IMG/VR virus record: IMGVR_UViG_3300020044_001227
Location: 1-29,868 of that record
Direction: 5' to 3' (one strand)
DNA from: a virus
Lineage: Duplodnaviria; Caudoviricetes
Length of the DNA: 29,868 nucleotides
The notes beneath the pieces were generated by a model that made no database searches, was not told where the DNA came from, and saw only the letters and a list, made by a program, of their open reading frames with translations. The translations under genes were made by a program, and so were the position numbers. This document shows positions 1 through 9,111 of the stretch, one piece after another; position 1 is the first letter of the stretch; each line of letters begins with the position of its first letter.

Positions 1-1043
1 CCAGCGTAGGAGGAAACGGTACCGCCCTCGGCTCTCATGAGCTGGCCCATACCGTAAGCGCCCATACCCAAACTCGCGATGTTTTGGGCCGTAGTTGGTT
101 GAGCGCTGTACATAGTGCTGACACCGCCCATAGGAGTGCCGCGAAGGATGTTCGACAAGAACGACAGCTGCTGATACGGGTACTGCTGCGCAGCAGAGTA
201 GTCCTGCATGTTGTAGCCGAGCTTGGCCTGTTCGTTGGCTTGCTGTTGGCCACCAAACCGATTCTGCAGATCAAGGATGTCTTTCTGCTGCCCGAACTGT
301 TGGGTGCCGATGTTGGCCAGCTGACCAGCGCCAGAGATGGCTTGGCCAAAACCTTGCAAGCCAAGCTGGGAGCCAAACTGCTGCGCTTGTTGAGCGTTTT
401 GGAACGCGCTTTGCAAGCCTTGGGCTTGGATACCACCCAGTGCAGTGTTGCGGTTACGTTCGTTTTCCGCGGCCATGATCGCGCCACGAGAACCCCCGAA
501 GGCTCCCGCTTGTGTAGCTCTTGTCGCCTGCTGGGTACCAGAAATGTCGAAGTTCCGGTTGGCCTCCTGCATTTGCGAGTTGACCACATTCTGCATGTAC
601 GGAGACATGAACCCCTGCATAGAGCCGGGGTCGGTCGCCATGTTCATGTAATTTTGCCCTGCGCCCAGACTGCCCATAGCACCAGCGCCAGCAATGCCCA
701 TCGCGGGGCGTAGGCCCTGAGAGGGTTGAAGATTTTGTGCGCCTTGAAACGCCGTATTTTGCAAGCCTGTAAACCCCGCCACACGGTTGGGGTCGATCCC
801 CTCCTGCTTTGCCCAGTTACCATAGCTTTGGTACGGCTTGTCAGTAGTGAGCGCTTCGGCTTTGCCAAGGTTGCGCTGAGCGGTCGGCTTGGCCCAATCA
901 GGCAGGTCTGTAACTGTTGTTTGGTTACCGCCGCCGCCCCCACCGCCGCCGCCACCATAGACAATGCGCCCGCCTTCTTTGCGGGTTACGGATTCGCCAA
1001 GGGGTTCACCCATCGCTTCGAGTTGTCGGCGGGAGTAGCTCAT
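1..1043 (-). CDS. DNA ejection/pilot protein (P22 gp7-like position), 3' end outside window
   Basis: Not in ORF track because there is no stop in the window. Hand translation from ATG at 1043 (ATGA overlap with GNAT stop): MSYSRRQLEAMGEPLGESVTRKEGGRIVYGGGGGGGGGGNQTTVTDLPDWAKP...FMSPYMQNVV...AGAFGGSRG...QYPYQQLSFLSNILRGTP...MRAEGGTVSSYA. Q/G/A-rich, and follows a GNAT as ejection proteins do in P22/T7-type phages. Confidence 0.75.
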   Translation of the reverse strand, partial: MSYSRRQLEAMGEPLGESVTRKEGGRIVYGGGGGGGGGGNQTTVTDLPDWAKPTAQRNLGKAEALTTDKPYQSYGNWAKQEGIDPNRVAGFTGLQNTAFQGAQNLQPSQGLRPAMGIAGAGAMGSLGAGQNYMNMATDPGSMQGFMSPYMQNVVNSQMQEANRNFDISGTQQATRATQAGAFGGSRGAIMAAENERNRNTALGGIQAQGLQSAFQNAQQAQQFGSQLGLQGFGQAISGAGQLANIGTQQFGQQKDILDLQNRFGGQQQANEQAKLGYNMQDYSAAQQYPYQQLSFLSNILRGTPMGGVSTMYSAQPTTAQNIASLGMGAYGMGQLMRAEGGTVSSYA

Positions 1044-1501
1044 GATTGCTCCGTGCTCAAAATTTTTGTGTACAGCTTGTCCGTATGCTTGTAGCCAAGA
1101 TACTCAAACAGCCGTGAATTGTCCATATGGATTTTTGTGTGCATGATGATGCGGTTGACACCATCTGCACGCAAGGCTTCTTCCGCAAACTGGAACAAGC
1201 GAATACCCGTGCGCCCCAGTCGATGTTCTTTTCTGAGGAAGTAGATATCCTCAAATGCCGTTTTGCAAGACTTGTAGTGTAGATGCGGTTGCACAATAAA
1301 GATAGCGTAACCAATTAGCCCACTCTCGTCCCGCGCAGTAACACAGCGCAGCATACCTGCCACGTAGAGCCTTCCGTAGCCTTCATAGTCGGGGAGGAGT
1401 GGAAAGTCTTTGGTAACGCACAACTCGTCGTAATGCAGCGGTATGACTTCCTTCAGCTCCTCGATGAAGGTGGCGGGGTCTTCTACAGCGTACTCAATCA
1501 T
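1040..1501 (-). CDS. GNAT-family acyltransferase (positional analogue of T7 gp13 / P22 gp14)
   Basis: 153 aa with GNAT motif A (DIYFLRKEHRLGRTGIRLF) and motif B (SRLFEYLGY). Overlaps both neighbours by 4 bp. Confidence 0.85.
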   Translation of the reverse strand: MIEYAVEDPATFIEELKEVIPLHYDELCVTKDFPLLPDYEGYGRLYVAGMLRCVTARDESGLIGYAIFIVQPHLHYKSCKTAFEDIYFLRKEHRLGRTGIRLFQFAEEALRADGVNRIIMHTKIHMDNSRLFEYLGYKHTDKLYTKILSTEQS

Positions 1502-2799
1502 GCGGGCAGCAGTTTGGCAGCGCGGCTGTTTACAGCCACTTTGTTTTTACCGATTGATTTCTTGCGTGCGCGCTGCACGCGGTCCATCATGGCGTAAAGT
1601 TTACGCGCACCGGCCTCAGATGAGCCGTTGCCAAGCTCAGACACGATACGAGCAGGCACAACAAATTCGCCGTCGGCCAAACGAGCAGGGCGCTTGTTAC
1701 CGATCGTAGCGGGGATCGAGTCAGACACGCCGTCACCGGGGCCGCGCAACATACGACCGCCGTCCGAGTAATCCCCCAAATGGCTCTGACCCCCTCGGGC
1801 AAAAGCCGTCAGACCCCCCATAGCCATAGCCCGTGGCGGCGTAACAGTCTGTGCATCCCGGTACCCGGGAGCTTGGCGGGTATATGAACCAGTTCTGTAG
1901 TCGTACGAATACTCGTACGGGTTAGGCCCACTGCCTTTGTACCCGTCTTGGTTTTGGCCACCCATAAGCGCTGGGGCCGCTGCCATCATCCCTGTTTGGA
2001 GAAGCCCGGGAGCACCGCCCATTTTGGTCATGAACGCATCACGCGAAGCTGGGTTATTCATAAGCCCAGACAGCCCCCGCTGTGCGTTTGCCATTGAGCC
2101 GGTATTTTGCGCTTGGAATCCGCTAACTGCCGGGTTCTCCATAGCCACTCTGTCCATGCCAGCGAGCATGTCTGTCTGCGGTACCATAGGTGCAGGGGCT
2201 GCAACGGGAGCTGCAACGGGAGCTGCAACGGGAGCTGCAGGGGCCGCGGTAAGTGTGGGCGTTCCGGGGGAACCAAAAAAGTTAGCCCCTGTCTGGGAAA
2301 GATTCGCACTGTCTACGATTGGAGCTCCTACTTGAACGCCTTCGGCAGCAGCACCAGCCAAGCCTTCCCCAGCAGCGCCAGCCAAACCCTCACTAGCAGC
2401 GCCAGCCAAACCTTCACCAGCACCAGCGGCGGCAGTTCCCGCAGCGCTCAAACCACCCATTAGACCAGCGCCGCCGTATGCGCCGAGACCAGCCATCAGA
2501 CCTTTTTTCAAGCTGCCGGTGGCCGCGCCGTAACCCCCGCCCGTTATCATAGCGGCCATCAGAGGGGTGAGCGTACCGCCAGAGGCAACAGAAAGACCCG
2601 CGCCAATAACCATGGGCAGGATGCTTTTGAGAAAGCCAGCTTCGGGTAAACCCGTATCCGGGTTGATAGTCAGGTGCCCACCATGCGCCATCGCAAGATC
2701 GTTGAGGCTTTTGACCTCATCGCGGGACATGTGGATAAGCGTGTCATCAGGGCCTCGGCCCTTGGACGCCATATTTTGGGCAGCAATGTGCAGGCTCAT
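1498..2799 (-). CDS. Putative internal virion/ejection protein
   Basis: 433 aa. N-terminal GRGPDDTLIHM...INPDTGLPEA, a hydrophobic G/A-rich segment, a low-complexity linker and C-terminal GPGDGVSDSIPA...RLADGEFVVPA. GAGG RBS. Lies between the tail nozzle genes and the GNAT. Confidence 0.65.
   Translation of the reverse strand: MSLHIAAQNMASKGRGPDDTLIHMSRDEVKSLNDLAMAHGGHLTINPDTGLPEAGFLKSILPMVIGAGLSVASGGTLTPLMAAMITGGGYGAATGSLKKGLMAGLGAYGGAGLMGGLSAAGTAAAGAGEGLAGAASEGLAGAAGEGLAGAAAEGVQVGAPIVDSANLSQTGANFFGSPGTPTLTAAPAAPVAAPVAAPVAAPAPMVPQTDMLAGMDRVAMENPAVSGFQAQNTGSMANAQRGLSGLMNNPASRDAFMTKMGGAPGLLQTGMMAAAPALMGGQNQDGYKGSGPNPYEYSYDYRTGSYTRQAPGYRDAQTVTPPRAMAMGGLTAFARGGQSHLGDYSDGGRMLRGPGDGVSDSIPATIGNKRPARLADGEFVVPARIVSELGNGSSEAGARKLYAMMDRVQRARKKSIGKNKVAVNSRAAKLLPA
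2198..2239. repeat. 12-bp tandem repeat (gctgcaacggga)x3.5 encoding (APVA)n
   Basis: Exact copies read directly from the sequence. In frame within 1498-2799. Confidence 0.9.
2340..2432. repeat. Imperfect 24-bp tandem repeat encoding (xEGLAGAA), about 3.5 copies
   Basis: Protein reads AGEGLAGAASEGLAGAAGEGLAGAAAEG. Confidence 0.8.
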
Positions 2800-2827
2800 G
2801 GGTGCCTCTGAAAATGGGGAGTAACGA

Positions 2828-2856
2828 ACTTTAGCATGTCAAGGCGGTGGGTACAA
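2828..2856 (-). promoter_or_regulatory. Possible sigma70-type internal promoter for the ejection-protein module
   Basis: Minus strand TTGTAC-N17-TAAAGT with TGn extended -10, ending in the 39-bp gap upstream of 2799. Confidence 0.4.
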
Positions 2857-3501
2857 GGCCGAGACAAATGAGAGTGTGACTACGACAGACTGGGTGGATG
2901 GCTTGGTCGGCGTGCCGGAAGCAGCAAGATGCTGGATGCTTACAGCGGTATTAGGAACAGACCAGTAAATTTCTACGTAGTCGTTGGCCTGCATCTGAAT
3001 AAAGTAGTTCCAGCCAACAATTGCGTGTCCGTCCGTACCCGCGTGTCTATTTGCAATAGATACAAACCCCGTTGAGCCGGGAATGTCCGTGCCGTTTTGG
3101 CGCAGCCAGATGTAAACATCTTGAAAAGCTGTGTCCGTGTTTTGAAACTGGGTGCTGAACTGAAGGTTGTATGTGCCGGGAGTGGTCGTTGTAATTTTTG
3201 AAGAGCTGATGGTTACACCACCGTTGGAAAAATCCGTGGTGTTCAACGTCATCAAAGTAGCTGTATTTGCCGTAGTGGTCTGGTCTTGATCACTAGAAAA
3301 AGCCCCGTAAGGGAATTGCAGCAGTGCCCCGCCCGTGTTGGTTGTAAACAGCTGGTTGAAGTTCTGGAGCTGGTTGAAGTACAGCCGCAAAATATTGTTG
3401 AGCTGGTCTTGGTATTGCGGGTTGTACTGCTCCGGTGCCGATGGAAGGCGGGGCTGCTGAGGCGCAACCAGCGCCTGTGATCTGAAAAGTGGCAGACTCA
3501 T
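2839..3501 (-). CDS. Virion protein, possibly tail needle/plug-like with C1q/TNF-like beta-sandwich C-terminus
   Basis: 220 aa. Short helical N-terminus (YQDQLNNILRLYFNQL), then YGAFS...TPGTYNLQFS...VYIWLRQNG...ANDYVEIYW, a C1q/BclA-like strand pattern. Directly follows the nozzle gene. Confidence 0.5.
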   Translation of the reverse strand: MSLPLFRSQALVAPQQPRLPSAPEQYNPQYQDQLNNILRLYFNQLQNFNQLFTTNTGGALLQFPYGAFSSDQDQTTTANTATLMTLNTTDFSNGGVTISSSKITTTTPGTYNLQFSTQFQNTDTAFQDVYIWLRQNGTDIPGSTGFVSIANRHAGTDGHAIVGWNYFIQMQANDYVEIYWSVPNTAVSIQHLAASGTPTKPSTQSVVVTLSFVSALYPPP

Positions 3502-5639
3502 CAGCGCCGCCCATCTGGTCGAATGTCAATACGAGGTACACCCAACTGCCACTGCACGCCGAGACCGTCCGTAATCGAACCGGGTGTACCAGAACTCACC
3601 TTGAACGCCATCTGACGACCGCGGATACGAACATAGACCTGCTCGGTGAACTGCTGCACAGCATAGGTTCGTTGGCCAGCATAGTTCTGGGTGCTGGTCA
3701 CGCCGGGGTTGTTTGCGTTGCCATAGTTGGCACCGGGGAACGTGCGGGGGCGCACGGTGTAGTAAGCGGTTGGGGTGTTGACGAACGAGCCGTCAAAGGT
3801 CAAGTCAGGGATCAAGCGCCAGACAAAACCGAAGTTGTGGCCATCCCCAATGTCGAAGTCCGAGGACTGCACGTACGCCACGATCGGTGTTGCAGTAGCG
3901 TTGGCCCCGTCGTCTGTACCGTTCTCATGGTAGACCAAGGTAGTGCTGCCCGATGTACGAGACGGTGTGGTTGTTGGTGCGCCGTAGGTTGCCGCCATGG
4001 GGTAGCTGCGCAAAGAACTGTCCAGCCATGAAGTGCGCCCTTGAGGAGTGCCCGCGTAGTTGTTCCATGTACCGTAGTACCAGACATTGTCCAAGTAATC
4101 AAAGATCACGTACCGGTCGGTGACGCTGGAGTTGGCAGAGCAGTACGTCCACCAGACTTCGCTGTAGCCCTCGTTAGTGCCAGAGTTGACTTGGAACCCT
4201 TGCTGCAAGTTGATGTCGGTAAAAACGTACTCCCGCAGTGTAGACGGCAAGGTCTGCACGCGGCCCGTGTAGACGTAGAACTTGTCCATGCCCATCCAGT
4301 AGACCACGTTGGACGCAACCGTCACTGCATTGGGGCCAATGATCGAGATGTTGTCTTCCAGCAGCTGGAAGCCCCAGACATACGGAGCCCCAAGATACTG
4401 CATAGAGTACACAGCGCTGTCAGTGAACACCACAATTTCTTGGCGAGACTGGATGGCTGTGTAGATAGCAGAACCGTGGCTCAGTCGGTAGTCACCCGCT
4501 TGGTTGGTGATGGCCGGGGTCCAAGTAGCAAAGCTCTCTTGATCAGACCAACGAATCTGCATGGGGTCCAAAGCAGTTGTGGCGTAAACCCCTGTGGGGT
4601 CGTTGGTGCCAAAGGCAATGATGAAGCGCGAGGCATCGGACACCATGACGTAATTGGTCGCGGACGGACAGGTCGCATCAATGGATACTGTGGTGGAGCT
4701 TGTACCCGCACCATTTTTTATCGTTACTGTGCCACTGGCCGCAAGCAGCTGCGCACGGTCGAATACGGAGGGCGACACATTAGCAGCCCACAAGTAGATA
4801 CCACCACCGTTAGGGTTGAAGATCAGGTTCTCGCCAAAGTTTGATTCACTCCAAAAACGCAATCCGACCCCGACCCCACCAGCCGCCGCCGCCAACCCCC
4901 AGCCCGTGCTTGGGTACCCAGTTGTTACGCCGCCCCAGCCGCCAGCGCCCCAGCCTATAGCTACAGAATAGATGTCATTACCCGAAGTGATCTCGTATGT
5001 GAACGTCGCTGTAACAGCTGATGTGCCCGAAGACGTAGCCGCAGTTGCAACCGTGATCTCGTATGTGTTGGCGGTCAGGTTTGTGCCTGAAATCTGGTAC
5101 ATCACAGGCGCTGCTGTGGTGCCCATCGTTGCCGCAGGGATGCCGTTGACCGCCCCAGAAGTAGCTGTGATCGTGACAAAGTCCCCTGCTTGAGCGCCAT
5201 GCGCCGGGTCGTTCACTGTCACAACACGAGAAAGGTTCACGGTAGTGAACGCATTAGCCACCGCAGTGCTGGTTTTGCGGATAGGCGTAACGTCGTAGTA
5301 CGAGCCATTGACACCGTTCTGGATGTAAAACTTCAGGTTGGTGCCAAAAGACAGCAGGTTGTTGCCAGCCAACGTAACCCAGTTCCACATTGAACGACAG
5401 ATGCCCCAGAGCGTGCCGGAAGGGGGCGCAGGCATTGTGGTGGTGTACTGTACCCCGTAGTTGGCGACAGTGGACACGTTTGAAGAAACAGTCCCGGTAT
5501 CACGAGTCCAGCCGCCGAGCTTTTCAGGTTGGCCAGAACGAAAGCGAATTTTTTCGGACTCATACCACCCGCCCTCATTAGCGTAGGACGTGTTTTCTCG
5601 GTTTACACCGGGTCTGAGGGCAAGTTTTTGGAGCGGCAC
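3501..5639 (-). CDS. Tail tubular protein B / nozzle (P22 gp10-like stabilisation protein)
   Basis: 712 aa, GTG start with GAGG RBS. Beta-propeller-like Trp/aromatic strands (IRWSDQE, VYWMG, EVWWTY) and C-terminal RIRGRQ...DIRPDGRR. Confidence 0.7.
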   Translation of the reverse strand: MPLQKLALRPGVNRENTSYANEGGWYESEKIRFRSGQPEKLGGWTRDTGTVSSNVSTVANYGVQYTTTMPAPPSGTLWGICRSMWNWVTLAGNNLLSFGTNLKFYIQNGVNGSYYDVTPIRKTSTAVANAFTTVNLSRVVTVNDPAHGAQAGDFVTITATSGAVNGIPAATMGTTAAPVMYQISGTNLTANTYEITVATAATSSGTSAVTATFTYEITSGNDIYSVAIGWGAGGWGGVTTGYPSTGWGLAAAAGGVGVGLRFWSESNFGENLIFNPNGGGIYLWAANVSPSVFDRAQLLAASGTVTIKNGAGTSSTTVSIDATCPSATNYVMVSDASRFIIAFGTNDPTGVYATTALDPMQIRWSDQESFATWTPAITNQAGDYRLSHGSAIYTAIQSRQEIVVFTDSAVYSMQYLGAPYVWGFQLLEDNISIIGPNAVTVASNVVYWMGMDKFYVYTGRVQTLPSTLREYVFTDINLQQGFQVNSGTNEGYSEVWWTYCSANSSVTDRYVIFDYLDNVWYYGTWNNYAGTPQGRTSWLDSSLRSYPMAATYGAPTTTPSRTSGSTTLVYHENGTDDGANATATPIVAYVQSSDFDIGDGHNFGFVWRLIPDLTFDGSFVNTPTAYYTVRPRTFPGANYGNANNPGVTSTQNYAGQRTYAVQQFTEQVYVRIRGRQMAFKVSSGTPGSITDGLGVQWQLGVPRIDIRPDGRR

Positions 5640-5647
5640 GTTTTACC

Positions 5648-6160
5648 TCACGCAGTCATAGATGAGGCTACGGTTTGTACCTCCGCCACGCGACGGCCCC
5701 AGCCCTTCCCAAATGTACCCCAGTGGGGCAAATCCATCAAGAAGGACAGGCGGCGCTTGGCGTAGTCCTCAATCAGCTCGGCAGGGTCAAACTTGGCCAC
5801 AGCCGCCAACGTCTTGGGACCGATACCGCCATCCTGCTCTACGCCAACGCAGCCTTGCAGCCACTTAGCAGCACGGCCCGGACCGCTGTTCACAGCAGCG
5901 TCGAACACAGCGTAATCTACACCGGTCGGCAGTTCGTCGCCCTTGATCTTGTCCCAGTATTTGGCTTTGTACATGGGGCCAACGATCTCGGGTGTCAGTG
6001 CCCGCATAGTCTTTTCATCGACCTCATGGCCAACCCACTCTTCCCAGACCCGCTTGGTCACGCCAAGGTTGGTCATACCGCCCGGATCGGCGGGGTGGTT
6101 GACGTAGCCCCCTTCATGGTGGAGGATGGCTTTGAGCGCAGCGTCGAAGTTGGCTTTCAT
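5648..6160 (-). CDS. Endolysin, glycoside hydrolase family 108 with C-terminal peptidoglycan-binding domain
   Basis: HEGGYVNHPADPGGMTNLGVT (GH108 EGGY motif), FDAAVNSG, QDGGIGPKT and FGKGWGRRV. Confidence 0.92.
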   Translation of the reverse strand: MKANFDAALKAILHHEGGYVNHPADPGGMTNLGVTKRVWEEWVGHEVDEKTMRALTPEIVGPMYKAKYWDKIKGDELPTGVDYAVFDAAVNSGPGRAAKWLQGCVGVEQDGGIGPKTLAAVAKFDPAELIEDYAKRRLSFLMDLPHWGTFGKGWGRRVAEVQTVASSMTA

Positions 6161-6621
6161 TTCTCGTCCTTAAGTTTTTGCAGGTCAAGACCTTTATCTT
6201 TAGAGCCTTGCGAACTGCCACGGTGAAAGTTCAATACGGTGCCCGACATAGTGATGAGCGAACCCAACGCCATGTACACCAGCTCTTTGTTGTTTTCCGG
6301 TACACCTTTTATGAAGGCAAACCATGCCAAGAAGATGGTGGCTGACACGATACCAATGTCCAAAGCGTAGGCCGTGTTCTTGGCCAGCCACGAAGCGGCG
6401 GCGGACTCTTGTATCTTGGCGTTCATGCCCCGAGCGCTGTCGGTGTTGGCGTTGCTGATTTCCAGCACTTTGGTCTCATTGGCCATCCGAGCCAACTCAC
6501 CATTCTCCCGCATCTGCTCTAACTCCTGCTTTGCAGCGGCGGCTGCGGCTGGGTCAGGCAGGAATCGGTCGATCAACTTGCCGCCGATAGCCGCTAATGG
6601 GTTCAGGTCGCTCAGGTTCAT
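6157..6621 (-). CDS. Putative holin (GTA 3TM-holin-like)
   Basis: IGGKLIDRFLPDP N-terminus, helical linker, two C-terminal hydrophobic segments and FHRGSS. Overlaps the endolysin start. Confidence 0.65.
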   Translation of the reverse strand: MNLSDLNPLAAIGGKLIDRFLPDPAAAAAAKQELEQMRENGELARMANETKVLEISNANTDSARGMNAKIQESAAASWLAKNTAYALDIGIVSATIFLAWFAFIKGVPENNKELVYMALGSLITMSGTVLNFHRGSSQGSKDKGLDLQKLKDEK

Positions 6622-6624
6622 CAG

Positions 6625-7080
6625 TTATCCCTTTAGGTCAAAACTTAGATTAGGGTGGCGTGGATACTGAACAACGCGCTCACCCTCTGGGCACTTGTAC
6701 TTAATAGTCGCAAGCAAAGTTGCTTTGCCATCAGCAATTTTTTCCTTTCGTACCATCGTAAGCTGATACGTGAAGGTGTCAATCTCAGGTCCCGCTGGGC
6801 CGCTGAACTTGCTTGCGGTGGTAGTCGCTTCATGCACCATGCCCGCCGCGTCACGAATGCTTGGCGTAAAACTCTCGACAGAGCAGTCATCACGTTTTTT
6901 GATCCGAGCAACTGTGACGTTGATAGGCTCTCCCGCCTCGGCCACAATTTTAAAATGCTCTGGAGTCCATTCAATAATGGCTCGATCAAACCATCCAAAT
7001 TTGTCGGCTAGCGTGTAGCTGCCCCCCAGTGCCGCAACGGTTGCGGCAACTGCACCAATGGCTTTGGTTATGTCAATCAT
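6625..7080 (-). CDS. Hypothetical membrane-anchored protein
   Basis: 151 aa. N-terminal hydrophobic segment followed by a beta-rich domain with 2 Cys. Directly upstream of the holin. Confidence 0.6.
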   Translation of the reverse strand: MIDITKAIGAVAATVAALGGSYTLADKFGWFDRAIIEWTPEHFKIVAEAGEPINVTVARIKKRDDCSVESFTPSIRDAAGMVHEATTTASKFSGPAGPEIDTFTYQLTMVRKEKIADGKATLLATIKYKCPEGERVVQYPRHPNLSFDLKG

Positions 7081-7089
7081 AAAAATCTT

Positions 7090-7368
7090 TCAAGATTTTT
7101 CTTCAGCAAACACATTGACAAAGACTGTGCCGTCTTCCAATGCTTCGAGCTCGTGCCACTCGTTGGCCAGCAAATTCACTGGCTGGGTGTTCTTGGTCAT
7201 CACCAACTCACGGCGCTCATTGCGAACAACGCAGCTACCTGCGTGGCACATAGTCAAGTGCGAGAAAACGTGCTCGTGCCTTGGCAGACCCTCGCCCTTG
7301 GAAGCGTGGTACACGTTCAGCGTGGTGCCGTCTTGTACTACTTGAAAGCGAAGAGTTGCAATGTTCAC
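7090..7368 (-). CDS. Cupin-domain protein
   Basis: 92 aa, GTG start. Cupin motif 1 (GEGLPRHEHVFSHLT) and motif 2 (ANEWHELEALEDG). Confidence 0.8.
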   Translation of the reverse strand: MNIATLRFQVVQDGTTLNVYHASKGEGLPRHEHVFSHLTMCHAGSCVVRNERRELVMTKNTQPVNLLANEWHELEALEDGTVFVNVFAEEKS

Positions 7369-7592
7369 AGCGTCTGCGCTCCGCTTACCGTGGGTTGTTC
7401 TAACTCAGGCGGCGTCGGCACCAGTACAAACGACCCGTTGGAAAAGTCGTACCAGTAGACATCTGCAACGATATCGTCAGCACACTCAACCCAGAACAAC
7501 GGAGGCGCGACCTCGAAAGGTGCGTTTGCCACTTCGGCCACACGGTATCCTGTTTCACGAGGCTCAATAGGGGAAATCAAAGCAACGGACAT
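7365..7592 (-). CDS. Small acidic protein, possible tail fibre assembly/accessory factor
   Basis: Start reassigned to MSVALISP (ATG 7592, AAGGAG RBS). 75 aa, directly follows the Gly-rich fibre gene. Confidence 0.6.
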   Translation of the reverse strand: MSVALISPIEPRETGYRVAEVANAPFEVAPPLFWVECADDIVADVYWYDFSNGSFVLVPTPPELEQPTVSGAQTL

Positions 7593-7602
7593 TATTCTCT
7601 CC

Positions 7603-8355
7603 TTACCATTGAACAATCAGACCGCCAGTGCCGCCACCGCCACCGCCACGGGCACTACCGGCAATGCCGCCCGCGCCACCATTGGAACCACCACCAGCAC
7701 CGCCAGCGCTAGTACCACCGGCGGAGCCATCCGCGCCGGGGCCTTGGGCGAGACCCCCACTACCCCCACCGCCGCTAGAACCCCCACCACCGCCACCACT
7801 CATCCCCGAACCCCCGCCTCCGCCAGCATTAATGGGGCCACCGCAACATGTCGAACCGTTACCCCCAAGGTTCGCACCCCCGTTATTAAATCCAATGGAT
7901 TCCCCAACGCTACCGTTAGTTCTTTGTATGAGCGTGCCCGTCGTCGTAAAAGTACCAATTGCGCCGCGAGTATTAGCATTGGAGCCGCCGCCGCCAGTAG
8001 CAGAGGCAAGTGCCCCAAACGAAGTGGTGCCACCGGTGCCGCCAAAAGTTGAAAATGCTGCCACCCCAGAAACGCCAGCACCGCCGCCGCCGATAGTCAC
8101 TGTAATAGAAGCTCCGGGGGTAAGCCCTGTAAGGACAGCCCGCCCAAAGCCGCCAACAGCCCCTCGTTGTGGGCTGGTGTTAGAGCCACCACCTCCGCCA
8201 CCAAATAAGGTAACCATCACTCTGGTAATGCCTGTAGGTACGGTAAAAGTCCCACTTGCGGTAAACACCTGTACGTTAGCCGCACCGACAAACGCTGTGT
8301 TCTGCTGTGTGGCGTCGTTGTAAAGCACGCCCGTATTGTTAAGGGTTGCTGGCAT
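7603..8355 (-). CDS. Glycine-rich tail fibre/receptor-binding protein
   Basis: VFTASGTFTVPTGITRVMVTLFGGGGGG...GGGGGGTGGLIVQW, typical of Gly-rich phage fibre-tip domains. AGGAG RBS. Confidence 0.75.
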   Translation of the reverse strand: MPATLNNTGVLYNDATQQNTAFVGAANVQVFTASGTFTVPTGITRVMVTLFGGGGGGSNTSPQRGAVGGFGRAVLTGLTPGASITVTIGGGGAGVSGVAAFSTFGGTGGTTSFGALASATGGGGSNANTRGAIGTFTTTGTLIQRTNGSVGESIGFNNGGANLGGNGSTCCGGPINAGGGGGSGMSGGGGGGSSGGGGSGGLAQGPGADGSAGGTSAGGAGGGSNGGAGGIAGSARGGGGGGTGGLIVQW

Positions 8356-8367
8356 TTGTTGCTCCTA

Positions 8368-9102
8368 TTAAGGGGTACCGGTGGAAGTCACGGTACCCAA
8401 GACAATGAGGTTACCGGTAGAACTGAGGGACGCGACGTTGGTGCCGTTGTAGTTGAAAAACAGCTTGGTGCCCGACGGCGTCACGTTCCACCCACCCGCG
8501 TTGGTGATCTGCGTGGTGTTCGTGGCAGTGGTGGCGTTTGTGGCGTTCGTAACCGCCGTAGCACCGATAGCTGAAGCGATCTGCGCCCCAGTAGCCGCTG
8601 TGAAAGCACTTGTACCGTTACCAAAAGCAACGCCAGACAAGGTGGCAACGCCCGTACCACCGGAAGGGACCGTCAGCGCTGAAGACAGGTTGATGGTGTT
8701 GATGGCGTTAACAATATCCGTACCATTGGATACCAGCAGCAGTTTTGCCCCGTTAGGGACTGAGACGCCGGTCTGGCCACTGACCTTCACTGTGACTGCA
8801 AAGCCCCCAGTGGTGTTGTTGAAAATGAAGTACAGCTTTTTGTTGGCAGGGACAATCAGGTTACGCGCTGCGGTTAGAGCACCGGTGCATTCGATGAACA
8901 TGTTCCGGGCAACGCCCGTGGAACCGTTAGGAATCGTGATGACCGTGTCAGCGCCGTTGGTAATAGTCTGAGTCACATACCCAGATATAGCCTGTTCGAT
9001 CAGCGTGCCAAGGTTGGTGTTCGTGGATGCGCCCCAAGAACCTGCTTGGTCTCCTGTGCCGATCAGTTCGATGGCAAGGTTGGGTGAGTATGTACTTGGC
9101 AT
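8368..9102 (-). CDS. Tail fibre protein
   Basis: 244 aa. MPSTYSPNLAIELIGTGDQAGSWG N-terminal anchor, fibre repeat LTVPSGGTG and TNAT repeats. Confidence 0.7.
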   Translation of the reverse strand: MPSTYSPNLAIELIGTGDQAGSWGASTNTNLGTLIEQAISGYVTQTITNGADTVITIPNGSTGVARNMFIECTGALTAARNLIVPANKKLYFIFNNTTGGFAVTVKVSGQTGVSVPNGAKLLLVSNGTDIVNAINTINLSSALTVPSGGTGVATLSGVAFGNGTSAFTAATGAQIASAIGATAVTNATNATTATNTTQITNAGGWNVTPSGTKLFFNYNGTNVASLSSTGNLIVLGTVTSTGTP

Positions 9103-9111
9103 GAGCGTTCC

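Noticed and set aside
35-964. ORF-track calls 35-589(-), 644-964(-), 84-713(+) and 726-1094(+)
   Set aside because: Off-frame or antisense shadows of the real gene starting at 1043, which has no stop inside the window.
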